Assembly (NCBI GenBank): GCA_002347155.1
Contig: DDXO01000013.1
Span: forward strand, 3,624 to 67,623
Length of the DNA: 64,000 nucleotides
Origin: a candidate division WOR-3 bacterium UBA2258
GTDB lineage: Bacteria > Hydrothermota > Tepidihabitantia > Tepidihabitantales > Tepidihabitantaceae
Reading direction: 5' to 3'
Shown: in pieces, positions 45,884-55,952 of the stretch
Position numbering within the stretch: the first letter of the stretch is position 1
Layout of the letters: each line of letters opens with the position of its first letter
Position numbers and translations under genes: made by a program
The notes under the pieces: generated by a model
Told to the model about the DNA's origin: nothing
The model's input: the letters and a program-made list of their open reading frames with translations, nothing else
The model's database searches: none

Positions 45884-47149
45884 CTACTGAGCAGCCGGTT
45901 TTGGTCCGAGCTGCGGGTTGGTTGCCGGCAGAGGCCGGCGCATACGCATCTGGTCTAGTCGGTCTAGCAGGTCGTCCAACCGGCCAGCATCAAGACCTGC
46001 CCCCTTGAGCAATGCCTCCACGCGTTCCCGACCAAGCCTGTCCTCACAACGGATCAGTCCGGTCAGGGCCTGACGTGGACCGTCAGCCACTCCAACAGTC
46101 AGGAGGATGGTCAACGCCTCCGCAAGCTTGGGCACGGCTTCCTCGGGCTTCTGGCTGACCAACAGGTCAAGTCCGATATTGCCAAGGTCGATAGCGACAC
46201 CGAGTATGTACCCAGCCCGGCGGGCTATCTCCAGCGCCTCCGCCTCGTACTTGGACGCTTCGTCGAGTCTACCCTGGCTGCGATGGATGTTCGCTACATT
46301 GGCCAGCCCGGTAACCACACCGAGCCGGTAGCCTACGCTGCGGGCCGCCGCCAGCGCTTCCTTATCATACTTGAGCGCCCTGTCCGGATTGCCTTTATCC
46401 AGATAGACGCTCCCGAGGTTGGCGAGTTCGCTGGCAACGCTCCATTGGTCACCAATCTCACGTGCAATCGTGAGTGCTCGCTCATGGCAATCGAGTGCCT
46501 TGTCCAGATCACCCTTGTCGTGCCAGACATTGCCGGCGTTGCCGAGCTGAATCGCCATAGCCCAGAGGTCATCAAGCTGGCGCGCTATAGCCATCGACTC
46601 GTCAATGTAGGCGAGTGCCTGGTCCTGCTCGCCACGGTCGCGACAGATCAACCCGATGTTGTTGAGAGCCTGCGCCAAGCCACGCTTGGCCTCCAGACCC
46701 TTGGCCAACCGAGCTGACTCCTCGAAGTGCGCCAGCGCCTCGTCCGAGCGGCCCTGGGTGTAGCGGCACACGCCGATCAGATTCAGTAAAGCGACTAGAT
46801 GCACTCCCCCCGTCGCCGCCATCGCCTCCCGGAAACACTCGACTGCATACTCCCAGCGGCACGCACGCATTGCCGCAACGCCGAGCTCAAAAGGCTCCCT
46901 TACCGCCGGTTCGGAAGCAGGCAGCCCGTCGAGGTACTCGGCTACTCTGCCCAGGCTGCGGCGCATCGCGCCCGCTGGCTCGCGGTCTTCCTGTGGCTTG
47001 CGCGCAGCGGGCTTCATAACGCGAGCAAAAAAACTCACCGCACCGAAAACGACCGGTACGGCAGACGCGACAAAATCCATTAATCCGACGATGACGTCGG
47101 TGCCGTGAACTTGAGCCAAGCTTCTCAGTCTAGCGATGCCCGGTTTCAT
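45884..47149 (-). CDS. TPR-repeat protein with an N-terminal membrane anchor
   Basis: Multiple 34-residue repeats (ALNNIGLICRDRGEQDQALAY…). Confidence 0.6.
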   Translation of the reverse strand: MKPGIARLRSLAQVHGTDVIVGLMDFVASAVPVVFGAVSFFARVMKPAARKPQEDREPAGAMRRSLGRVAEYLDGLPASEPAVREPFELGVAAMRACRWEYAVECFREAMAATGGVHLVALLNLIGVCRYTQGRSDEALAHFEESARLAKGLEAKRGLAQALNNIGLICRDRGEQDQALAYIDESMAIARQLDDLWAMAIQLGNAGNVWHDKGDLDKALDCHERALTIAREIGDQWSVASELANLGSVYLDKGNPDRALKYDKEALAAARSVGYRLGVVTGLANVANIHRSQGRLDEASKYEAEALEIARRAGYILGVAIDLGNIGLDLLVSQKPEEAVPKLAEALTILLTVGVADGPRQALTGLIRCEDRLGRERVEALLKGAGLDAGRLDDLLDRLDQMRMRRPLPATNPQLGPKPAAQ

Positions 47150-47251
47150 GTCAATCGAAGACCTGACTGCCTGACTCCGACCGCTGTCTACTTGCTGCGA
47201 AAAGGCCGACCCCGCCGAAGCGGGGTCGGGAATGACGGAACGAACTGGAGC

Positions 47252-47917
47252 CTACTTGCCGGTGGGAGCCTTCGTCTCGGTCTTCGGCTCTTCTTTCGGT
47301 TGCTCCGCGGCCTTCTGGGCGGTGTCGGCCGGCGCAGCCGCCGGCTTGATTACGGCACCGACCTTGGTCTGCAGGGACTCCGGCTTGGTCTTGGCGGGGT
47401 CGTTCAGGTAGTACTCAAGCATGGGACCCGCTGGCTCGTACTTGTTGTCGGCGATCCACTTGTAGAGCTTCTCGTAGACCGGCCCGACCTGGTCGTAAGG
47501 ACCCATGTAGTCGGTCACGGCAATCATCATCTCCGGCGCATCCTTGACGGTGAAACCGGTCTTCTTATCCGCCATGTTCTTGGTCTCAGCCGGAACCGGG
47601 ATGCACACCTCGAAACGGGTGCTCTCCGGCTTGACGTTGGCCGGGTTGTCATACATCATGGCAAACGGCGTACCCTTCACGGCCAGATTCTCTTTCTGGA
47701 CCCTTTCCACCAGCTCGCTGATGGCCTTGCCGGCATCGCTGTAGGGCCCCACCTTCGCGATCGAGGCAACCTTCACGGCCGGGAGGTTCAGGGTCTGCGC
47801 GACAAATACCGGCTCAGCCGGTGTCTCGGTTTTGGGGGCCGGCTGCTGGCCACCGCCGCAACCGACCATCATGGCTACTACCATCATACCGATGGCGAAG
47901 CTCAGGACGTTCTTCAT
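47252..47917 (-). CDS. Lipoprotein with a GyrI-like/SOUL-type small-molecule-binding domain
   Basis: Lipobox MMVGC. Sequence GPYSD…FEVCIPV…YEKLYKWI fits the GyrI-like fold pattern. Lys/Pro-rich tail. Confidence 0.5.
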   Translation of the reverse strand: MKNVLSFAIGMMVVAMMVGCGGGQQPAPKTETPAEPVFVAQTLNLPAVKVASIAKVGPYSDAGKAISELVERVQKENLAVKGTPFAMMYDNPANVKPESTRFEVCIPVPAETKNMADKKTGFTVKDAPEMMIAVTDYMGPYDQVGPVYEKLYKWIADNKYEPAGPMLEYYLNDPAKTKPESLQTKVGAVIKPAAAPADTAQKAAEQPKEEPKTETKAPTGK

Positions 47918-48008
47918 CTACACTGCTCCTTTTTGGGTTTTCTGCGAATGTCGAGGGACATCGGGATTATAGACACCTCTGTCCGCTTGTCAAGTCTAGT
48001 GCCCCGGC

Positions 48009-48425
48009 TCAACACTCGTCGGCCGGGGCGGCGCGCAACGCCTTCTTGCGGGCCTGCAACGACTTAGCCGCAAGGACCTTCTCTTTCGCCCTCCGCGAAC
48101 GCCGCCGCTTCTGGCGTCTCAACTTCGCTACCCTTGCCGCCTCGGCGCTTTGCTCGCCCAGCAGGCGGGCCTCCAGCTTATCCGCGAGCGCTCTTCTCGC
48201 CAGGAACCGATTCAGAGCCTGCGACCGCTCCTGCTGCACCTTGACCTCGATGCCGGTGGGCACGTGTTTGAGGTAGACCGCGGTCGAGGTCTTATTGACG
48301 TTCTGCCCGCCCGGGCCCCCGGCCCTGACGAACTTCTCGATAAGGTCTCCGGGCTTGACGCCCAGCCGGACGAGCCGTGCGGCGAGTGCCGCCTCCTTGT
48401 CGGAACTCACGCCCTGCCCCATCAC
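48009..48425 (-). CDS. arfB: Alternative ribosome-rescue factor ArfB (peptidyl-tRNA hydrolase, RF-1 domain)
   Basis: GGQ motif in RAGGPGGQNVNKTSTAVYLKH. Basic C-terminal tail. Confidence 0.75.
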   Translation of the reverse strand: MMGQGVSSDKEAALAARLVRLGVKPGDLIEKFVRAGGPGGQNVNKTSTAVYLKHVPTGIEVKVQQERSQALNRFLARRALADKLEARLLGEQSAEAARVAKLRRQKRRRSRRAKEKVLAAKSLQARKKALRAAPADEC

Positions 48426-48648
48426 TCAGCCCCGGATCTGGAAGGACACCGCGAAGGCGCCGCCACCCCAAACTCGAAACTCGAAGCCCGAATTCCGATT
48501 CAAGCTCGAAAGCTCCAAAGACGACAGACCGGACTGATTCGGTATTCGGACTTCAATCGTCATTCGGACTTCGTCATTCGGTCTTGGCCTGTGCGATTCC
48601 TGCCGGTCAGTGCGTGCTCTCGTGGCTCAGCATGCCGGATTCCCGGAC

Positions 48649-50571
48649 CTATGCCTTCCCGCCTTCGACCTGGTCGGCCTTGCGGGCCTGAAGCTCGGCT
48701 TCGAGGTACTTCCGCTCGTCGGCCAGCGCCCGCACTCGGTTGAAGTCCATCGCCTGCCGCGCCGCGTCGTACTCAGCATCAAGCTGCCTCAGCCGACGCT
48801 CGATATCCGATACTGAGTAGGACGATGGACGTGTGGCGCCTGACGACTGATGACTGCGAGCCTTGGGCTTCGGACCATGGATCACGGGCTTCGGGCTTTG
48901 GACTTCGGACTTTGTCCTTTTCCCTCTCTCCTTTGTAATCTCCCCTTGTGACTTTGGCCTTGCGGCCCCGTGCTTGACCACCCTCCCCGCTGCATAGCTG
49001 TAGTTCCCGGGGAACAGCACCGCCTTGCCGCCGTCTATCCGTACGGTCTTGTCCGCCAGTTCGTCGAGCATGAACCGGTCGTGCGCGGCGAAGACCACGG
49101 TCCGATTGTACCGCCTGATTGCCTCAAACAGAATCTCCCGCGACTGTATGTCAAGGTGGTTCGTCGGCTCGTCCAGAATCAGAAGATTCGACGGCGTCAA
49201 CAGGGCCCGGATAATCGCCAGCCGGCTGCGCTCCCCTCCGGACAGCACCTCCACCCTCTTGTCTATCGCGTCTCCCGAGAACAGGAACGTGCCGAGGATT
49301 CCCTTGAGTTCATTCTCGGTGAACCCGGCGCCCGCGTCGGCCGCAGCCTCAAGCACGGTCATCTCCGGGTTGATGGTCTCCTCCGCGCCCTGCTCATAGT
49401 AGGCTACCTGCGTCTTCTGGCTGGTCCACGCCTCGCCCGAATCCGGCGCGAGCTTGCCGGCGATAACACGCAGCAGCGTGGTCTTGCCCTGACCGTTCGC
49501 GCCGAAGAGACCGATCTTCTCGCCTCCGCCTACCACCAGGTTCACGTCCTTGAGCACCTGCTTCGGCCCGAAGCTCTTGGACACGGAGCGCAAGTCAACC
49601 GCCTTGCCGTACACCTCGTCCGATTCCGGGAACCGGATGCGGATTGCCGGCACGGTCTCCGGCGGCTCCACCCGCTCCAGCTTGTCGAGCATCTTCTGCC
49701 GGCTCATTGCCCGCGGCGCGGTATCCTTGCGCCCCTTGTACTGGGCGATGAACTGCTCGGTGCGCTTGATGAACTGCACCTGTTCTTCGTACTTCTTGAG
49801 CTGCCGCTCATCCCGCTGGACCTTGTCGTGAAGGTACTTCGAGTAGTTCCCGGGGAAGATGAACACCTTGTGCGACTCGATTGCCCATATCTTCTGCACC
49901 AGCGCGTCGAGAAGATAACGGTCGTGCGCAATCATCACCACCGCGCCCTTGAACGCGGTCAGGTACTCCTGCAGCCACTCGATTGAGCGGATATCAAGGT
50001 AGTTGGTCGGCTCGTCCAGGAGCAGCACATCCGGCTCCTCCAAGAGCATCCGCGCCAGGGCCAGCCGCACCTGGAACCCGCCGCTCTGGGTCCGGGTCTG
50101 CTTGTGGAAGTCCTCTTCCGCAAACCCCAGACTCATCAGCACCTTCTCGGCCCGCGGCTGGCGGTCATAGGCATCATGCCCGAAGTGGTGCTGCAGCACG
50201 GAGTACCGGTCCAGCACTTCCTGCAGCTCGTCGGCCGGCATGTTCGCGTCCTTCATCCGATGCTCAAGCTCAATCATCTCCGCCTGCACATCGTCCAGGT
50301 GCTTGAACGCGGTCATCGCCTCCTCCAGCACAGTCCGCTCTCCCACGACCGCGCCGGTCTGGGGCAGATACCCGACGCAGGTACCCCGTCGTTTATCAAC
50401 TGACCCGCGCGTCGGCTCCAGCTCGCCCGACATCAGCTTCAAGATTGTGGACTTGCCCGACCCGTTGGCGCCGGCGAGCCCGATCCGGTCCTCAGGACCG
50501 ACGAACAGGCTCACGTCTCGATAGAGTTCCTGCGTGCCGAACTCCATCGTGACATTTGACAGGGAAATCAC
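48649..50571 (-). CDS. ABC-F family ATPase (EttA/Uup-like translation factor)
   Basis: Two ABC cassettes: Walker A GANGSGKST / GANGQGKTT and signatures LSGGFQ / LSGGERSRLA. No TM domain. C-terminal basic coiled coil. Confidence 0.85.
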   Translation of the reverse strand: MISLSNVTMEFGTQELYRDVSLFVGPEDRIGLAGANGSGKSTILKLMSGELEPTRGSVDKRRGTCVGYLPQTGAVVGERTVLEEAMTAFKHLDDVQAEMIELEHRMKDANMPADELQEVLDRYSVLQHHFGHDAYDRQPRAEKVLMSLGFAEEDFHKQTRTQSGGFQVRLALARMLLEEPDVLLLDEPTNYLDIRSIEWLQEYLTAFKGAVVMIAHDRYLLDALVQKIWAIESHKVFIFPGNYSKYLHDKVQRDERQLKKYEEQVQFIKRTEQFIAQYKGRKDTAPRAMSRQKMLDKLERVEPPETVPAIRIRFPESDEVYGKAVDLRSVSKSFGPKQVLKDVNLVVGGGEKIGLFGANGQGKTTLLRVIAGKLAPDSGEAWTSQKTQVAYYEQGAEETINPEMTVLEAAADAGAGFTENELKGILGTFLFSGDAIDKRVEVLSGGERSRLAIIRALLTPSNLLILDEPTNHLDIQSREILFEAIRRYNRTVVFAAHDRFMLDELADKTVRIDGGKAVLFPGNYSYAAGRVVKHGAARPKSQGEITKERGKRTKSEVQSPKPVIHGPKPKARSHQSSGATRPSSYSVSDIERRLRQLDAEYDAARQAMDFNRVRALADERKYLEAELQARKADQVEGGKA

Positions 50572-50846
50572 GTGCCAAGACTACCCCGAAACGCCCGCCA
50601 TTCAAGAACGGTGGGCTCAGACAACGCCGGCCGCCCCAGAACCGACATTGAGGCCACGAAAGCGCGAAGGACACGAAACCGATCGGTGCAGAACATCCCG
50701 ATTCCGTCTCACTCAGTCTTCGTGTCTTGGCCTCAGCGGCCCCTGTCGGACAGTGCGTGGCTGTCAATACCGGAATCAGGCAGCCGCAGTCGCGTTGACT
50801 TGGCTTCCGAGCGAAGTAGAATAGAAGGAAGATCAGAGGCAAGACT

Positions 50847-51077
50847 ATGAAGTTCACACGCATCACGATTGACCCGCTCCAGATGGGCGGCGTCCCCTGC
50901 ATTCGGGGACTGAGGATTCCGGTCGCCACCATCGTGGGCATGTTCGCGGATGGCATGGCCGAGGGCGAGATACTCAAGGCCTACCCGGACCTCGAGACCG
51001 AGGACATCCGCGAGGCCATGCGCTATGCCGCAGAAGCAGTGCGCGAGCGCGAACTGCCGCTGCTGGTCGCTGATTGA
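50847..51077 (+). CDS. DUF433-family small protein (putative antitoxin)
   Basis: 76 aa, sequence …[48 protein letters not shown]17-TAGAAT promoter at 50796. Confidence 0.6.
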   Translation: MKFTRITIDPLQMGGVPCIRGLRIPVATIVGMFADGMAEGEILKAYPDLETEDIREAMRYAAEAVRERELPLLVAD

Positions 51078-51463
51078 AGTTCCTCGTAGACAATGCCCTC
51101 TCGCCCGACGTGGCCGTGGCATTGTGTCGGGCCGGACACGATGCGGCGCACGTCCGGGACAAGGGAATCCGTGACGCCGACGACGAGACGGTCTTTGCCT
51201 GCGCCGCCCGCGAAGGAAGAATCCTCATTTCTGCGGACACCGACTTTGGACAGATTCTCGCGCGCCGGGCTCTCAAACAGCCGTCGGTCATCCTGTTCCG
51301 GCGTCGGACCGAACGGCGGCCCGAACGTCAGGTCGCCCTGCTGCTGAAGAACCTGCCTGGCGTCACTGAGGCGCTCGAGTCGGGCAGCGTCGTTGTCTTC
51401 GAGCAGGCCCGAGTCCGCGTCCGTGCCCTGCCCCTGGCCGGGAGCACGAACGATTCCGCCTGA
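51074..51463 (+). CDS. DUF5615 (PIN-like/Mut7-C) protein, putative toxin partner of DUF433
   Basis: [11 protein letters not shown]…[11 protein letters not shown]. 4-bp overlap with DUF433. Confidence 0.6.
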   Translation: MKFLVDNALSPDVAVALCRAGHDAAHVRDKGIRDADDETVFACAAREGRILISADTDFGQILARRALKQPSVILFRRRTERRPERQVALLLKNLPGVTEALESGSVVVFEQARVRVRALPLAGSTNDSA

Positions 51464-51473
51464 CCGCCGCCTG

Positions 51474-51764
51474 CTACTGGACTCCTCGACTCTCGCTGGC
51501 ACTTCTGCATTCTGACTTCTGGTCTCTGACTTCTGACTTCGGTCGTACCCGACCCACCTTCCCGCCCGGCATCATGCTCAGGACCGGAACCCGTGTTCGC
51601 GCCCCTGCCTTATCCACGAGGTCAATCGCCTTGTCGGGCAACTGATGGTCTGGGTCAAAACGCACGGAGAGGTTCACTGCCGCCTCAAGGGACTGACGAA
51701 TGACCAATGGCGAATTCCTAATTAAGTCCCAATGGACGGGAATGTCCAATTGGGCATTGGGCAT
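51474..51764 (-). pseudogene. Fragment of a Clp/Hsp100-type AAA+ ATPase gene
   Basis: …RFDPDHQLPDKAIDLVDKAGARTRV matches the Clp ATPase sensor region. Only about 90 codons remain. Confidence 0.45.
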
Positions 51765-52067
51765 TTCTACGTTGATTAGGAATTAGGAATTGGGAATTGG
51801 CACCGCGGTATTCGGCAATGGTCGTGGCCCCGATGCAGCTCAGGTTTCCCCGAGCCAGCGCCGGCTTCATGATATGGGCCGCGTCCATGCTCCCCTCGGC
51901 CCTGCCCGCGGCGCGCGTCAGGGATCGCGTGCTGTGTCACCGGGGCTTACTGATACCGCCAACTGCAAACTGCGAACTGGTAACTCGCGCGCAGCGCGTG
52001 GGGCTTGGTGTCGTGCCCGTTTCTAGCCGAGTCACTTGACACGCTTCCGACCAGAAAAAAGGGGAAG

Positions 52068-52226
52068 TGTGGGGCTGTTGAAAAAGGGCATCTCTGCGTT
52101 CTGTCAGCGTGGCGGACAGAATGACGCCGGTGGAAGTAACGCTACTGCGGCGGTTACGGACGAGCACTTCTGCGTGAAGCCTCAGGTCGGCTGCAAGGTA
52201 GGGTTTTTCAACGGCCCCAGTGTCCC
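52068..52226. repeat. MITE-like element with terminal inverted repeats; copy B of the family at 33077-33217
   Basis: Ends TGTGGGGCTGTTGAAAAA / TTTTTCAACGGCCCCAGTGTCCC. Sits between the Clp remnant and the CBASS effector gene. Confidence 0.45.
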
Positions 52227-52298
52227 GCATTTCTTACCATGTCCCCGGAACTCAGAGTCTGCAATCGGAAGCGTGTCGCGTGCCCCGATGCCCTCGTA

Positions 52299-53519
52299 TC
52301 ATTCCAGAAGAGCGGCCTTCTCGTACCGTCCAACTAGGCCAGTCGGATGATACTCGTACGTCTGCACCGGTCCGATGGCGTTAAGCAGCTGTCCCAGCAT
52401 GAACGCCAGTCCCAGTGGTACTGACGCGAATAGGTGGACCCGCCCCGATGCCCGACACTCATCACGCGTGCGTCTAATACAGTCAACCACCTGGTGTGCC
52501 ATGTCTATCGCCTGCCCCACTGAAAGTGGAGTTGCGCCCGCGTCTGGACTAGCTACTTCGACGACGTTCCGAAAGCGAGGAAGTGCTTCCTGAGCAGCGT
52601 CGAACGCTGGCCTAGTATTGTGTGATGCGGAAATGAGCACGGCGATGTCCTCGGCAGCCACACATCCCCGCGCTGTGGTTATCCTGCAGTTCCAGGCCGT
52701 CCTGCCCAAGTGGAGACCCCACGGATTCAGGACTCCGCTCGGAGGCATGTTCTGAAGCCAGCATGCCCTCATCCCGGTTGGGAGGCAGAACGCGTGCCCC
52801 AGCGCCACTGCGGCGGGAATCGACGCCAGTCCATCGAAGGCCACCTCTCTGTCGTGCATTACCTCGTGGACTTGGCGAGCCACCTCCCGGAGTGCCGGAA
52901 GCAGCCGTGATGCCCAAGCGTCGGGGGACACGGCAATCCTGCCGTCGAAATGGCCTGACCACTCTAGGTTCAGTGCTTTGTCTGGGTCGAAGGGAGAACG
53001 TGACCGCGTATGCAGCGAGATACGTAGCGGCATGTCTGGCCGCGCTCTCAGCCGGATCCGCTTGAGTCTCTCGCGCAGGACTACCCGCACGACATCCATG
53101 GCGCCGCCGATGTCCAGAGGATCTCGGGGGACGCGCACTACGTTCCAGACGTCGAGGTCCTGATTGCCAAATCGCGGACGAAGAAGCGAATTCGCTTCGT
53201 CGTAGCTAAGTCCTCCCGCCAGTGCGAAAACGATGAAGAACCCATCGTTGCGCCCGTGTCGTTCGAACGCGAGCGGACATTCGATACGCTGGATGACAGG
53301 TGATTCCCTGACCTCTGGGGTCAACAGTACGACGGCGTTCGCAATGAACTCGTCTGCGAGCACCGTTCGTATTTCATCTTCTGTCTGCTCCGGCGCGAGG
53401 TCGCTGACGTCTTGCCAGGTCGGAATTCCCAAGAGGTGCTGAGCCTCCACCAGCAGTTGCGCCTCCTTCAGTCTGCATCTCTTGTACACAAGGTACGAGC
53501 GACCCGACGGGGCGGTCAC
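52299..53519 (-). CDS. Putative CBASS effector: an N-terminal TIR-like domain fused to a C-terminal SAVED-like sensor domain
   Basis: Last gene of a translationally coupled CD-NTase/HORMA/TRIP13 operon (4-bp overlaps). N-terminus SYLVYKRCRLKEAQLLV…AVVLLTPEVRESPVIQR fits a TIR/STIR pattern. C-terminal 270 aa includes HLFASVPLGLAFMLGQLL. Confidence 0.45.
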   Translation of the reverse strand: MTAPSGRSYLVYKRCRLKEAQLLVEAQHLLGIPTWQDVSDLAPEQTEDEIRTVLADEFIANAVVLLTPEVRESPVIQRIECPLAFERHGRNDGFFIVFALAGGLSYDEANSLLRPRFGNQDLDVWNVVRVPRDPLDIGGAMDVVRVVLRERLKRIRLRARPDMPLRISLHTRSRSPFDPDKALNLEWSGHFDGRIAVSPDAWASRLLPALREVARQVHEVMHDREVAFDGLASIPAAVALGHAFCLPTGMRACWLQNMPPSGVLNPWGLHLGRTAWNCRITTARGCVAAEDIAVLISASHNTRPAFDAAQEALPRFRNVVEVASPDAGATPLSVGQAIDMAHQVVDCIRRTRDECRASGRVHLFASVPLGLAFMLGQLLNAIGPVQTYEYHPTGLVGRYEKAALLE

Positions 53520-54451
53520 GAACCACTCCCTCTGAATGGCGGCGTAGGCTGCATCGACATAGCGAGGTCACGAGCGTTCGTGAAGGTGATGGGCACATCC
53601 GCTGAAGCGGCGCCCAACACTAGCTGGGGTACGAACCTCTGCAGAATGTCCGAGTAGGTGTACCCATAGTCACGGCCATCACGGGGTCCCATGGCCTCTG
53701 CTATATCGTGGAGTTGCGCGCCTGAGAACATCGCCCCATTCAGTGCTGTCTTGAGTACCTGTAGGCACTTCGCTAGGTCGGGCCGACGGAAGACAAACGT
53801 CTCGACCGCCCGCCTGCAGACCGCGGGGTCAATGGCCTCCGCTCGGTTGGTGCAGAGGATCACCGCGATGGGCAGTTGTCCGGTAGTGATATCGTCGATG
53901 CCTCTTATGAGGGCATTCACACCCGCGCGGTCCTCATGGTGCATGTGCAGGGCCGATCGTGACTGAGCGAGGGCATCAGCCTCGTCGACAAGAAGCAGGG
54001 CCAGTCCCGAGGCCTGCCCTCGCCCCCGCTTGCGGTCAGCGCTGAAGCCCCGGACTTCTGCAAACGCGTCACCGAGGAGCTTGGTCATCTCACCGACTAT
54101 CCCGGTACCACGGACCCTGAGGCTCAGTCGGAACAGCGTGACCGGTATCTTCTCCGTCTTGGCGACCGCTGCCCCCAGCGTCTCGCCCAGCGCCGTCTTG
54201 CCTGTGCCGACGTCTCCACCGAAGATCACAAGGCGCGGGAGCGCCGTGAGTCCGCGGGCGAAAGCGACGCCGTTGCGGTGATGCTTCTTTGCCCAATTGT
54301 CGATGCATGCCGGGTCTGCCACAAGGTGAAGGTAGTCCGTCACTCGTTTCTTCACGTCATCCAAGCCCACAAGGTCAGCATAGCGGGCGAGAGCCTCGCC
54401 GTTGGGAAACTTGACTACCTCGTCGAATAGGTCGATATTCGGAGTCGTCAT
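53516..54451 (-). CDS. TRIP13/Pch2-like AAA+ ATPase (Cap6-like)
   Basis: Walker A FGGDVGTGKTALGETL and Walker B LLLVDEADAL. Position between the HORMA-like and effector genes. Confidence 0.6.
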   Translation of the reverse strand: MTTPNIDLFDEVVKFPNGEALARYADLVGLDDVKKRVTDYLHLVADPACIDNWAKKHHRNGVAFARGLTALPRLVIFGGDVGTGKTALGETLGAAVAKTEKIPVTLFRLSLRVRGTGIVGEMTKLLGDAFAEVRGFSADRKRGRGQASGLALLLVDEADALAQSRSALHMHHEDRAGVNALIRGIDDITTGQLPIAVILCTNRAEAIDPAVCRRAVETFVFRRPDLAKCLQVLKTALNGAMFSGAQLHDIAEAMGPRDGRDYGYTYSDILQRFVPQLVLGAASADVPITFTNARDLAMSMQPTPPFRGSGS

Positions 54452-54996
54452 GGCGATGTCAGGAGGCCTCTTCGGAGACTGCCTCCGTCCTTAGTGTACG
54501 TCTTTCCGTACTGCCACCAACTACTGCCGGTGCCGGGCTCGGTTGCAGGGGTCCTTCTGAACGGTAGGCGCGCTGCCACTTCCTCCTGTTGCTCCGCAGT
54601 CAAACCGTACCACTTCGAGCTGGGCACCAGGAACGAGTACCATGTCGAGCCTTCGGTATCCTTCCCAGGCGGGATGCTACCAGGATGGTCGTCCGCGAGC
54701 GTTACGCCGTCATAGCTTGCATCGTAACTTACGGCCAAGACCCAGGCACCGTTACGGACATAGCCGTATTTGACAGACTGCACGTATCCGCCTGCGAGCA
54801 GTACGACCAGTTCCACTACGCACTTGCCGATCGTATCATCTATTGGCTCACCGGCGTACAGCAGCTGTATCTGCCGCAAGTCTGCTGCGACCTTGGCAAC
54901 CAAATAGCGTGCGCTCTGATGTGTGAAGCTGGAGGTGCGTGTGAATGTGCCGCTCACTGTGCCCTCCCGAAAGCCGCACCCATGACGCCTTGCCAC
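54448..54996 (-). CDS. HORMA-like protein (Cap7-like). The start may be internal (GTG at about 54957)
   Basis: 182 aa. Lies between the CD-NTase and the TRIP13-like ATPase, as in type III CBASS. No enzymatic motif. Confidence 0.4.
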   Translation of the reverse strand: MARRHGCGFREGTVSGTFTRTSSFTHQSARYLVAKVAADLRQIQLLYAGEPIDDTIGKCVVELVVLLAGGYVQSVKYGYVRNGAWVLAVSYDASYDGVTLADDHPGSIPPGKDTEGSTWYSFLVPSSKWYGLTAEQQEEVAARLPFRRTPATEPGTGSSWWQYGKTYTKDGGSLRRGLLTSP

Positions 54997-55952
54997 AGTT
55001 CCATGTTCTCGCCCTTGGTCGTCGCATAGCAGGCGTAGGTGACGGCATTGAAGGCAGCCTGAGCGCAGCTTACGAGCTTGGCCCGGTCGCCCTCAGTATA
55101 GCCGTCAGCCACGTTGTTCGTCGGGTTCACCGGGTCGAAGATCTCAATGGCCGCTCCGGTCGGACCGGGAAGTTCGGTTGCCTTGTAGTTGTCGGTGAAA
55201 CTGATCCGAGACCGAAGACCGGTGCGCACTATGTAACCGAAGAACTTCTCGATGGCGTTTCGATAGTCTGAGCAGTCCATGCCGTTATCCGCAAGGTGCG
55301 CACATATGAGCTCGATCATGAAGGACTTGCACCTGAAGGTGGCGTCCTCTTCTCTGCGCTCAGCGGCCCACCACTTCAGCAAGCGAATCACTTGCGCAAA
55401 GTGCCTAGGCTGCTTTTCCTTTCTGGCTCGGATGAACTGCAGGTGCAGAGGAATGCTGGTCAGTAGCCGCTTGCCCGTGTCTCTTGAGACAAGGTAGCCC
55501 CTGTCGTCAGCGCCACCCTCATATACGACAGGCGCGACCTCCACGTCAAGGTCCGACCCCTTGAATGAGATGCACACCGTATGGTCCTGTGGCTGGAACT
55601 GGTCTGGCTCCATCTTGCCTTTGTAGGCGTCGCGGAGCTTTTCCGTGAGCCAGGTCAGGATTGCAGGCTCATCACTGGGCGCACCTTCGGATGATATGTA
55701 GATGGCGACGTCCATATCATTGAGCGAACTCAGTGCCGTACCCTTCGCCACGCTACCAGACCTCAGTATCTTGACAAAACTGTAGTCCGGGTGCTCTAAG
55801 ATGAACTCGGCTACCCTATCGCAGACTCGGTCGAGCTGCTCGCGGAATCCCTTGAGTTCGTCCCGACTGATGTTGACAACGTTGCCTGCGAATGTAGCTA
55901 TCTCAGTGTGCCCAATTCTGGGCTCTTGGGACCCGTGTTCTGCATCAGGCAT
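54954..55952 (-). CDS. cGAS/DncV-like nucleotidyltransferase (CD-NTase) of a type III CBASS operon
   Basis: Pol-beta NTase signature GSVAKGTALSSLNDMDVAIYI plus a third acidic residue in SDLDVEV. Start set at the second Met (55950-52), which has a GGGGGG ribosome-binding site and lies 2 nt after the upstream gene stop. Confidence 0.65.
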   Translation of the reverse strand: MPDAEHGSQEPRIGHTEIATFAGNVVNISRDELKGFREQLDRVCDRVAEFILEHPDYSFVKILRSGSVAKGTALSSLNDMDVAIYISSEGAPSDEPAILTWLTEKLRDAYKGKMEPDQFQPQDHTVCISFKGSDLDVEVAPVVYEGGADDRGYLVSRDTGKRLLTSIPLHLQFIRARKEKQPRHFAQVIRLLKWWAAERREEDATFRCKSFMIELICAHLADNGMDCSDYRNAIEKFFGYIVRTGLRSRISFTDNYKATELPGPTGAAIEIFDPVNPTNNVADGYTEGDRAKLVSCAQAAFNAVTYACYATTKGENMELWQGVMGAAFGRAQ

